Shown here piece after piece: positions 33,930 through 41,896 of a stretch of 42,508 nt of DNA (position 1 is its first letter; each line of letters starts with the position of its first letter). A model generated the notes under the pieces. That model saw only the letters and a list, made by a program, of their open reading frames with translations, was not told where the DNA came from and made no database searches. This DNA comes from Candidatus Campbellbacteria bacterium (GTDB lineage: Bacteria > Patescibacteriota > Minisyncoccia > Phycocordibacterales > CSBR16-193). The stretch covers positions 1 to 42,508 of the forward strand of contig SKVL01000003.1 of the NCBI GenBank assembly GCA_007129455.1. The letters are read 5' to 3'. A program made the translations under genes and the position numbers.

Positions 33930-35870
33930 ATGAAAGTTTTGGTTTCTTGGCTTCAAGATTATATAAAAGAGGAACTTCCGCCTCCGAAAGAGCTTGCGGA
34001 AGCACTGTCCTTGAGGGCGTTTGAAGTTGAGGATATCAAGGGGAGTGGCAAAGGTGCCGTTATTGATGTCGATGTTCTTCCCAACAGGGCCAATGATTGT
34101 CTTTCTCACCGGGGTATTGCCAGGGAGATCTCGGCGTTTTACGGCTTTACATTCAAAGAGAGGGAAATTGAGGCGACAAAAAGGGAAAAGTCCAAAGTAT
34201 CCATCAAGGTCAAAGACCCCGAACTCTGTCGTCGTTATATCGCTTTACCTGTCTCCAATGTTCGTGTCGGACCTTCGCCCAAGTGGCTTAAAGAAAGACT
34301 GGAGGCCATCGGTGAGAGATCGATAAACAACATTGTTGATATAACTAACTATGTGATGTTTGACACGGGACAGCCACTGCATGCTTTTGACAGAGCAAAA
34401 CTCAAAGGGGATGAAATCCACGTCAGACTTGCGAGCCCCGGTGAGAAGATAACGACCCTTGATAACAACAAGATTGAACTCATTGGTACGGAGTTGGTGA
34501 TTGCCGATAAAGAATCGATTCTGGCCCTGGCCGGAGTGAAGGGAGGAAAGAAAGCGGAGGTGGATAAGAAAACCACGGACATTATTTTGGAGGCCGCTTC
34601 ATTTGATCCGGTTTGTGTCAGAAGAACATCACGCAGAATCAATATTTTAACCGAGTCCTCCAAACGTTTCGAGAACAATCCTTCACCCGAGTATGCCTTA
34701 CACGCCGCGGAGTTGGCTCAAACCCTGATCTCCGAGCTTTTGATTTCGAGTAAGAACGGTTCGGGACCGGAAGCATCGGCCAATGAGCCTGTCGACTTCT
34801 ATCCGGAACCGGTCCGAAGTCGCATCATTTCTTTACCTGTCTCGGAAATAAGGAGAACATTGGGTATAGATATCCCAATCAAAGATTCTTTGAAAATACT
34901 TGAGCGCTTGTATTGTAAGGCGGAGGTAAAAGGTGAGGTCTTGAAAGTTGAGCCCCCCATAGATCGGCATGACCTTAATATTCCGGAAGACATAATAGAG
35001 GAGATCGGTCGTGTTTACGGATATGAGCATTTAAAAACAACCCCTCTGAAACCGATCGAGGGAGAGGTTGATATAAATAAAAGTTTTTATTATCAAATCA
35101 AGATTCGTCTTATTTTAAGAAAACTTGGATTCTCTGAAATATTTACATACTCCATAAGAGACAAAGGCCCGGTTGAACTCGCCAATCCCCTTACTCAAGA
35201 CAAGAGATTTTTAAGGGATGAGATCGGTTCTGATATGGAAGTTGCTCTCACTTTCAACGAGCGCAATATTGAACTGGTCGGTTATGATCGGGTTTGTCTT
35301 TTCGAGATAGCCAATGTATTTACGCCGAGTGAGGAGAAAACACATTTTGTCATTGGTGTTAAAAACACAAAAAAGAAGCAGAAACCGGGCGAAGAAGAAT
35401 TGATCAAGCAAGTTTTAAGTGTGATCTCTGTCGATTTGGGTATTGATATCCAAGAAATCGGTTCTTTTGTGTCAAGTACGGTTTGGGAAGGATGTTTGGA
35501 TGACCTTGTGGATAAACTGCCTAAACCGGAAAAATGGGATATCGAAGTGCCAGAAGCGAAAGAGAAAAAATATCGAAAAATATCTCCGTACCCGTTCGTG
35601 TTGAGAGACATTGCGGTTTTTGTTCCGGCTGAGATCAAAAGTGACGAAGTTCTTGAAATGATAGAGGGTAATGCGGGGAGTTTGTTAAAGACAAGTCGTT
35701 TGTTTGATGTTTATGAAAAAATTGATGAAAGCGGAGAAAAACGAGCCTCGTATGCTTTTAGGTTGGTTTTTCTTTCACACGAGAGAACTCTTGCCGATCA
35801 TGAAGTCAATAAAATAATGGATAAAGTATCTTCAGCTATTAATTCGAAAAAAGGATGGCAAGTTCGCTAG
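33930..35870 (+). CDS. pheT: phenylalanine--tRNA ligase beta subunit (short form lacking the OB-fold tRNA-binding insert)
   Basis: MKVLVSWLQDYI N-terminus, B3/B4 and B5 regions, and a C-terminal FDX-ACB-like domain (SYAFRLVF). 646 aa. Confidence 0.9.
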   Translation: MKVLVSWLQDYIKEELPPPKELAEALSLRAFEVEDIKGSGKGAVIDVDVLPNRANDCLSHRGIAREISAFYGFTFKEREIEATKREKSKVSIKVKDPELCRRYIALPVSNVRVGPSPKWLKERLEAIGERSINNIVDITNYVMFDTGQPLHAFDRAKLKGDEIHVRLASPGEKITTLDNNKIELIGTELVIADKESILALAGVKGGKKAEVDKKTTDIILEAASFDPVCVRRTSRRINILTESSKRFENNPSPEYALHAAELAQTLISELLISSKNGSGPEASANEPVDFYPEPVRSRIISLPVSEIRRTLGIDIPIKDSLKILERLYCKAEVKGEVLKVEPPIDRHDLNIPEDIIEEIGRVYGYEHLKTTPLKPIEGEVDINKSFYYQIKIRLILRKLGFSEIFTYSIRDKGPVELANPLTQDKRFLRDEIGSDMEVALTFNERNIELVGYDRVCLFEIANVFTPSEEKTHFVIGVKNTKKKQKPGEEELIKQVLSVISVDLGIDIQEIGSFVSSTVWEGCLDDLVDKLPKPEKWDIEVPEAKEKKYRKISPYPFVLRDIAVFVPAEIKSDEVLEMIEGNAGSLLKTSRLFDVYEKIDESGEKRASYAFRLVFLSHERTLADHEVNKIMDKVSSAINSKKGWQVR

Positions 35871-35937
35871 TGTTTTTTGGAGATTGGAAATGTTTATACT
35901 TTTAAAAATTTATCAAAATTTTTAAAGAAGTCCTTTT

Positions 35938-36489
35938 ATGAAAGATGAAAATGCGAACATTGTAAAGATAACTCTCCTGTTCTCGGCGATAGTTGTCGTG
36001 ATTTTCTCTCTTCATTTTAATATATCCAAAGATCAAAGTAAAAAAATGAATGAGAGGGGACCTTTCGGAGAGGCGTCGGTGCTCCGGTTTGATATCAACG
36101 ATAGTGGAGATAGAGAGATTGCCGAGAGAGGGGTTTTTAAAGAGGCCACCCTAGGTGATACGACAATAACACTGGAGATTGTAGATACGAAAGCGGATAA
36201 AGCGAGGGGTCTCTCGGGCAGGTCTTCAATCGGGTTGGCCGATGGTATGCTCTTCGTTTTTTCAAACGAGGGTACTCACGGAATATGGATGAAAGAGATG
36301 AAGTTCTCCCTTGATATAATATGGATTGATTCTCTCGGCAAAGTCGTTTTTATCAAAGAAGAAATCTCTCCGGATACATTCCCTGAGGTTTTCAAACCTG
36401 AAACTCCCGCCAAGTTTGTTATTGAGGTGGCGGCGGGGACGGTGAGTCGGGAAGGTTGGAAAGTTGGTAGCCGGCTTTTATTTCATTAG
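35938..36489 (+). CDS. DUF192 domain protein with an N-terminal membrane anchor
   Basis: GLSGRSS..DGMLFVF...GIWMKEMKFSLDIIWID is the DUF192 pattern. Confidence 0.8.
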   Translation: MKDENANIVKITLLFSAIVVVIFSLHFNISKDQSKKMNERGPFGEASVLRFDINDSGDREIAERGVFKEATLGDTTITLEIVDTKADKARGLSGRSSIGLADGMLFVFSNEGTHGIWMKEMKFSLDIIWIDSLGKVVFIKEEISPDTFPEVFKPETPAKFVIEVAAGTVSREGWKVGSRLLFH

Positions 36490-36662
36490 TTTTTTTAAAA
36501 GTACGTTTAATTTCAGTTCTCAAACCCGATGATGTTTGGATGTTCCTCGGTGACGCTTTTGGATTCTTTCGCGCTATCCACAGTGGCTGAAGACTTCTGT
36601 AAAGCCCTTTGTTTGCCTATCAACTACGCATACTTTTTGACGTCCGTGTCCAATCTCTGAGC

Positions 36663-36690
36663 TTGTGGAGGGGGGTGTGGCTGATACAAT
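36663..36690 (+). promoter_or_regulatory. nrdJ promoter TTGTGG-16-TGaTACAAT
   Basis: -35 at 36663-36668 and extended -10 at 36682-36690. ATG at 36721, giving a leader of about 24 nt with no obvious Shine-Dalgarno sequence. Confidence 0.45.
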
Positions 36691-36720
36691 GTATATGTTG
36701 CAAGTAATTTTTTAAATCAA

Positions 36721-39015
36721 ATGGCGGGCAAAGGAAAACATGTTGATCTCACTAATCCCAAAAACACTGAAGCGTTTGTAAAACAGGTGCGGAAACGCGA
36801 TGGTTCAATTGTTCCTTTTGATTTGAGCAGAATAGCCAACGCCATCTATAAGGCGATGCTCGTTGCCGATGAAGGTTCGGATGTTGAGGCAAGCATGGTA
36901 GCCAACAAAGTCTTTGCAGACCTGGTTCGTATAAGTAAAAAATACAAAAACTTCATACCAATGGTTGAAGGGATACAGGACACCGTGGAAAAGGAGCTTA
37001 TTCTCAGCGACTACGTCAATTCGGCCAAGAAATATATTTTATACAGAGAAAAAAGGGCCCAAATTCGAAAGCAGGGCATTAAAGTTCCCGAAAAGGTGAG
37101 AGAGCTGACAAAAGAGAGCCGGAAGTATCTGGAGAGTCCTTTATCGGAGTTTATCTACTACAGGACCTATTCCCGTTGGATAGAAGAGGAGGGACGACGC
37201 GAAACTTGGATAGAGACGGTTGATCGTTATATGGACTTTATGAAAGAGAACTTGGGTAATGCTTTAAAAAAAGAGGAGTACGGAGAAATAAGAGAGGCTG
37301 TTTTGAAGCAAGAAGTTATGCCGTCAATGAGGCTTCTGTGGAGTGCTGGCAAGGCCGCGCGTAAGACCAACGTCTGCGCTTACAACTGCTCATTCATAGC
37401 ACCTAGGAAGCTCAAGGACTTCGGAGAGATAGTGTATCTTTCGATGTGTGGTGCTGGTGTCGGTTTTTCGGTTGAAAGCCAACACGTCGAAGCGCTCCCC
37501 CAGATAAAGAAACAGACGGGGGAGAAACTGCCGACTTATGTTATTGGGGATAGTAAGGAAGGTTGGGCCGATGCATTGGTTTTGGGTTTGGAAACATGGT
37601 TTTCCGGCAAAGACATTGATTTTGATTGCTCCCAAGTCCGCCCGAACGGTTCAAAGCTTAAAACGATGGGGGGAAAAAGCTCCGGCCCCGAACCTTTGAT
37701 GGACCTTTTGAGGTTCACTCGGGAGAAGATTTTGAAAAAACAAGGACGACGCCTTTCAACCATTGATACACATGACATTATCTGCAAAATAGGCCAGGTC
37801 GTTGTAGCTGGCGGTGTTCGCAGAAGTGCGCTTATCTCACTTTCCGACCTTGATGATTCGGCTATGAGAGATGCCAAGAAAGGACAGTTTTATATAAGTG
37901 AACCCCAGCGTTCAATGGCCAATAACTCTGTTGTATACAATGAAAAGCCTACAGCCGCCGACTTTTTGGATGAGTGGTTGGCTTTGATGAAATCTCGTTC
38001 GGGTGAAAGAGGTCTTTTTAACAGAGGGTCCTTGGAAAAGCAACTTCCCAAAAGACGCTGGAAAGTCTTCAAAGACAGTGTCGAGTTTTCCGGAACTAAT
38101 CCTTGCGGTGAGATAGTTCTTCGTTCAAAGCAGTTTTGCAACCTCTCCGAAGTGGTCGCGCGTGCGAAGGACACGAGAGAAGATCTTTTGAGAAAGGTGC
38201 GCTTGGCTTCCATTTTGGGAACCTATCAATCTTCCCTTACCAACTTCGGTTATCTGTCCGAAGAATGGAAGAAAAACTGCCAAGAAGAGAGACTCCTCGG
38301 TGTTTCCGTTACCGGACAGTGGGACTCAAAGGAAGCCAGGAAAATGGAAACTTTGAAAGTTTTGAAGAAGGAAGCCGTTAAGGTTAACAAGGAATATTCA
38401 AAAAGATTCGGTATAAACCCTTCGACCGCGGTTACTTGTGTCAAGCCGTCCGGAACAGTCTCTCAACTCGTCGATGCCTCTTCCGGGATGCATCCTCGCT
38501 ATGCCAAATACTATATTCGCAGGGTACGAATTTCCGCTACCGATTCTCTTTTTCACATGTTGAAAGACCAAGGCGTGCCTTTTCATCCCGAAGTGGGACA
38601 GAGTATCGATAAAGCCAATACTTATGTGTTGGAGTTTCCCGTAAAAGCTCCCGAGGGAGCCGTTGTCAGCGGGGACTTGAGTTCAAGTGAGCAGCTTGAA
38701 CATTGGAAGAAAGTTAAAGAGAACTTTACTGAGCATAACCCGTCAGTGACTGTTACTGTTGATGAGAGTGAGTGGATTTCTACGGCTCACTGGCTTTACA
38801 ATAACTGGGATATAATAGGTGGACTCTCTTTCTTGCCAAAGAGTAGTCATGTTTATCAACTGGCCCCTTATGAAGAGATAGACGAAGAGAGATACAAAGA
38901 GCTTTCAAAACGTTTTACCGATATCGATTTTTCAAAGATAGTTACTTATGAAGGAGAAGACAACACTGAGGGAGCCAAAGAGTACGCTTGTGTGGCGGGC
39001 GGGTGTCCGATTTAG
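36721..39015 (+). CDS. nrdJ: adenosylcobalamin-dependent (class II) ribonucleotide reductase, monomeric RTPR-like, with an N-terminal ATP-cone
   Basis: ATP-cone VRKRDGSIVPFDLSRIANAI. RTPR-like YYRTYSRW..RRETW..TV and CGAGVGFSV. Active-site TNPCGEI. C-terminal redox pair CVAGGC. Confidence 0.92.
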   Translation: MAGKGKHVDLTNPKNTEAFVKQVRKRDGSIVPFDLSRIANAIYKAMLVADEGSDVEASMVANKVFADLVRISKKYKNFIPMVEGIQDTVEKELILSDYVNSAKKYILYREKRAQIRKQGIKVPEKVRELTKESRKYLESPLSEFIYYRTYSRWIEEEGRRETWIETVDRYMDFMKENLGNALKKEEYGEIREAVLKQEVMPSMRLLWSAGKAARKTNVCAYNCSFIAPRKLKDFGEIVYLSMCGAGVGFSVESQHVEALPQIKKQTGEKLPTYVIGDSKEGWADALVLGLETWFSGKDIDFDCSQVRPNGSKLKTMGGKSSGPEPLMDLLRFTREKILKKQGRRLSTIDTHDIICKIGQVVVAGGVRRSALISLSDLDDSAMRDAKKGQFYISEPQRSMANNSVVYNEKPTAADFLDEWLALMKSRSGERGLFNRGSLEKQLPKRRWKVFKDSVEFSGTNPCGEIVLRSKQFCNLSEVVARAKDTREDLLRKVRLASILGTYQSSLTNFGYLSEEWKKNCQEERLLGVSVTGQWDSKEARKMETLKVLKKEAVKVNKEYSKRFGINPSTAVTCVKPSGTVSQLVDASSGMHPRYAKYYIRRVRISATDSLFHMLKDQGVPFHPEVGQSIDKANTYVLEFPVKAPEGAVVSGDLSSSEQLEHWKKVKENFTEHNPSVTVTVDESEWISTAHWLYNNWDIIGGLSFLPKSSHVYQLAPYEEIDEERYKELSKRFTDIDFSKIVTYEGEDNTEGAKEYACVAGGCPI

Positions 39016-39035
39016 ATTTCTTTCGGATCTCTCTG

Positions 39036-39075
39036 AAAAACAACATGAGATAATTTCTTATGTTGTTTTTGTTTG
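39036..39075 (+). terminator. rho-independent terminator after nrdJ
   Basis: Stem aaaaacaacat (39036-39046) / atgttgttttt (39060-39070), with a T-rich 3' side. Confidence 0.65.
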
Positions 39076-39094
39076 CAATTTTTTCGCCACGCCT

Positions 39095-39110
39095 GTGATA
39101 AAATATTTAC
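39095..39110 (+). promoter_or_regulatory. promoter motif GTGATAAAATATTTAC (extended -10 TGaTAAAAT), shared with 41851-41866
   Basis: 15 of 16 nt are identical to gtgataaaatatatac at 41851-41866. Confidence 0.45.
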
Positions 39111-39124
39111 AAGGGGAATAAGTC

Positions 39125-39151
39125 ATGCCCGCATTAAATTTTAATACATGA
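39125..39151 (+). CDS. possible 8-codon upstream ORF (MPALNFNT) overlapping the next start by ATGA
   Basis: It has the only Shine-Dalgarno-like sequence in this spacer (aagggga, 7-8 nt upstream of ATG 39125). Its stop TGA 39149-39151 overlaps ATG 39148-39150. Confidence 0.25.
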   Translation: MPALNFNT

Positions 39152-40770
39152 GAGGTCTGTTTTTTTCAAGATATGCAATTATATTTTTTTGTTTGGTTGC
39201 AGTTTTTTTGCCGTATTCGTTATTTGCAATCGATTCCCTGCAATACAATCTCTCCATTACGTATCCGATAGAAAGTCTGGGTACATCACAGGGTGACATA
39301 ATTATCCGTGATAGATATACCAATACTCTTTGGCTTTCTTCTGTAGAAGATAGCCCTGATGTTTTCGGAGTAGTTTCTCAAAATCCGATGTTGGTTTTTC
39401 GAACTGATACCGGTTCGGTTCCGATTATAAGGATGGGGCAGGTGCCGGTCAATGTTATTTTGAAAAACGGCCCCATTGAGAGGGGGGAACATATAACCAC
39501 ATCCAATGTTGTTGGTTTTGGCCAAACCGTTCAACCTCACCATCGCTATACCATAGGCGTCACTTTGGAGCAGCTGACCGAAGAAGACACCGAAGAGTCT
39601 ATTACCATGGCAAACGGCGAAGTCTATGCCGTTGGTAGGGTCATGGTTGATTTACAGATCGGCAAACATGGCTCCGGTATTGTCGAGAGGCCTCCGAGAG
39701 ATATTTCGGCGGAGCTGGCGGAGATTGGCGCACGTGAATTGTTCGTTCATAATTTGGGAACGATTCAATACATCGGGGGCAGAGCCTTGGATACATCCAG
39801 GAGGTTTTTACAAAACGACGTTGGGGTAAGACTGGCACAAATGGTTTCCATCTTGGGTATTATTGCCGGTTTTTTTATGACCCTGAGTGCTTTCTTTCTT
39901 TCTTCTCTGGCTATTCTCGAAGTATTTTTCTTGCCTTTCAGGTTATGGGCCTTGCTTATGGCTTTTCTCGGCTTCAAGAGTCGTATGAGACCATGGGGAG
40001 TGGTTTATGACAGTATAACCAAGCAACCGATCGACCCGGCTTATGTTCAACTTTTTGATGAAGAGGGTAACGAAGTTAAGACTTCCATAACCGACATTGA
40101 CGGCCGCTATGGTTTCCTGGTTGAATCCGGGCGCTATGTCATGAAAGCCAACAAGACCAACTATAGTTTTCCGTCTAAAAAGCTTAAAGATAAATCGAGG
40201 GACGAAATCTATGACAATCTTTATTTCGGAGAACCTTTGGATATAACTAAAGAAGGAGCCATCGTAGGTAAAAATATTCCAATGGACCCCGATAACTTTG
40301 ATTGGAACGAGTTCACCAAACTTAATAAGAATATTTTAAACTATTATTCCTACGGAGACTTCTTCAAGGCGGTAATTCTCAAGTGGCTTTTTTATATCGG
40401 ATTTATTGTTGCCGTTACAGCTCTTATCATAACTCCGGCAGTCTATAATATATTGATTGTAGCTTTGTACCTTCTGTTGTTTTTTATGAGATTGCTGGGT
40501 TTCAGCCCGCGTCGCTACGGAAAGGTTTTGGAAAAGAAAACGAATACGCCCTTACCTTATGCTATTGTTCGTATTTGTCTGGTTGAAAGCGGAAAGGAGG
40601 CTTACAAATCGGTTTGTGACGCTTATGGCAGGTATTTTTCTTTGGTTACCAACGGAGTTTATTACGCAAGTATAGATAGAAAAGATGGGGAAGACAGCTA
40701 CAGTAATGTTTATACTTCCGAACCTTTTGAGGTTAAAGATGGAATTATCAGGAAGGTCTTTAAGGTCTAA
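39148..40770 (+). CDS. multi-pass membrane protein: exported N-terminal beta-rich domain (paralog of 40870 ORF) plus two carboxypeptidase-regulatory-like domains
   Basis: Signal/anchor helix. The shared domain covers aa 45-172. TM clusters are each followed by a CarboxypepD_reg-like segment (WGVVYD..ITDIDGRYGF and YGKVLE..CDAYGRYFSL). Confidence 0.6.
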   Translation: MRGLFFSRYAIIFFCLVAVFLPYSLFAIDSLQYNLSITYPIESLGTSQGDIIIRDRYTNTLWLSSVEDSPDVFGVVSQNPMLVFRTDTGSVPIIRMGQVPVNVILKNGPIERGEHITTSNVVGFGQTVQPHHRYTIGVTLEQLTEEDTEESITMANGEVYAVGRVMVDLQIGKHGSGIVERPPRDISAELAEIGARELFVHNLGTIQYIGGRALDTSRRFLQNDVGVRLAQMVSILGIIAGFFMTLSAFFLSSLAILEVFFLPFRLWALLMAFLGFKSRMRPWGVVYDSITKQPIDPAYVQLFDEEGNEVKTSITDIDGRYGFLVESGRYVMKANKTNYSFPSKKLKDKSRDEIYDNLYFGEPLDITKEGAIVGKNIPMDPDNFDWNEFTKLNKNILNYYSYGDFFKAVILKWLFYIGFIVAVTALIITPAVYNILIVALYLLLFFMRLLGFSPRRYGKVLEKKTNTPLPYAIVRICLVESGKEAYKSVCDAYGRYFSLVTNGVYYASIDRKDGEDSYSNVYTSEPFEVKDGIIRKVFKV

Positions 40771-40869
40771 ATCGGTTTTCAGATAAAGATTTGATGATTT
40801 GAATATGTTTTACTCCATCTGAGTTAAGTGTTAAAAATGATCTTTTAAAATAAATTAAGCGAGACTTAA

Positions 40870-41817
40870 GTGATACGAGGGATGCTTTTTATGTTAAAAC
40901 ATGTGTTAAAATATATTGCATACCGCAAGCGAAGACCGGATTTTCATACGGGTTTTTTGAAGCGGATTTTTTCCGAGTTTAGATTAGACATGTATATACG
41001 TTTCTTTTTTTCTCTTATTATTCTGCTTAGCATTCTGGGAATGCCGAGTCTTTTCATGGTTGGGGTTTCGGCCCAGGTAGGTCAAGGGATCAACCCCTCC
41101 AACGAGGAAGGGATAATGCCGGGGAGTATAATATCTCGTGATGCCAGAACCGGTTATTTTTACCTCGCACGCACGATAAACAGCCCGGATGTTTTCGGTA
41201 TTATTGTTGAAAAGCCCTTAATGACGATCATCCCCGATGAAGAAAGCAACGTATCGGTATTGAGAACCGGTCAGGCTCGGGTAAGTGTTGTTTTGTTAAA
41301 CGGACCGATTAAGACCGGGGACTACGTTACCACTTCCAACGTTCCGGGTTATGGTATGTTGGCAAGCCGAGAACATCGAAACATAGTCGGTATAGCCCTG
41401 GAAGATTTCACAGAAACCGACGCTACGGATGTTGTTGTCGATAACTTGGGGCAAGAGATTTCCGCGGGATTGGTCTTGGTCGATTTGAGAATCGGAGTTA
41501 GTGACGATGACGAGCTTTTTCCAGCTGAGCGTGAAGAGGATTCTTTACTTGAACAGATGGAGCATTATTTGGCGATGATTGCTCGGTATCTGGCAGCAGC
41601 AATGGTCGCACTCGGCGCACTTTATTTTTCATATCATTTTTTCAAAGCGAATGTAAAGGATGGTCTGTCGGCCTTGGGAAGAAATCCGTTGGCAAGGCAG
41701 TCCATACAAAAGATGATGTTGTTCAACATGTTTTTGGTGGTTCTCATAAGTGTAGGTGGTTTATTGTTAAGCGCATTAATTCTTCTTATTCCCGTATTCA
41801 TTATTAGAGTAATGTAG
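40870..41817 (+). CDS. membrane-anchored exported protein (paralogous domain) ending in a c-subunit-like two-helix hairpin
   Basis: The ORF-track start is GTG 40870. ATG 40891 is preceded by GAGGG at 9-nt spacing and is the more likely start. The shared domain covers aa 84-209 and the C-terminal hairpin aa 233-312. Confidence 0.6.
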   Translation: MIRGMLFMLKHVLKYIAYRKRRPDFHTGFLKRIFSEFRLDMYIRFFFSLIILLSILGMPSLFMVGVSAQVGQGINPSNEEGIMPGSIISRDARTGYFYLARTINSPDVFGIIVEKPLMTIIPDEESNVSVLRTGQARVSVVLLNGPIKTGDYVTTSNVPGYGMLASREHRNIVGIALEDFTETDATDVVVDNLGQEISAGLVLVDLRIGVSDDDELFPAEREEDSLLEQMEHYLAMIARYLAAAMVALGALYFSYHFFKANVKDGLSALGRNPLARQSIQKMMLFNMFLVVLISVGGLLLSALILLIPVFIIRVM

Positions 41818-41850
41818 CAAAGCGCTCTATGCGTTGAAACTCATCGGTTG

Positions 41851-41866
41851 CGTGATAAAATATATA
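41851..41866 (+). promoter_or_regulatory. promoter motif GTGATAAAATATATAC (extended -10 TGaTAAAAT)
   Basis: Near-identical to 39095-39110. It lies 30 nt upstream of ATG 41897. Confidence 0.45.
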
Positions 41867-41896
41867 CAGACGAGATTAAATTAAATTCTTTTTATC

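Noticed and set aside
36540-36620. Cobalamin riboswitch upstream of the B12-dependent nrdJ
   Set aside because: Only a GCCACUG-like heptamer is present, and it is on the minus strand (the wrong orientation for nrdJ). None of the other conserved B12-aptamer segments are visible. B12 riboswitches normally control B12-independent isozymes or transport genes, not nrdJ.
36686-36701. NrdR box at the nrdJ promoter
   Set aside because: It matches only about two-thirds of the 16-bp NrdR palindrome as I remember it. No second box lies at the usual helical spacing. It is kept only as a remark in the nrdJ-spacer finding.
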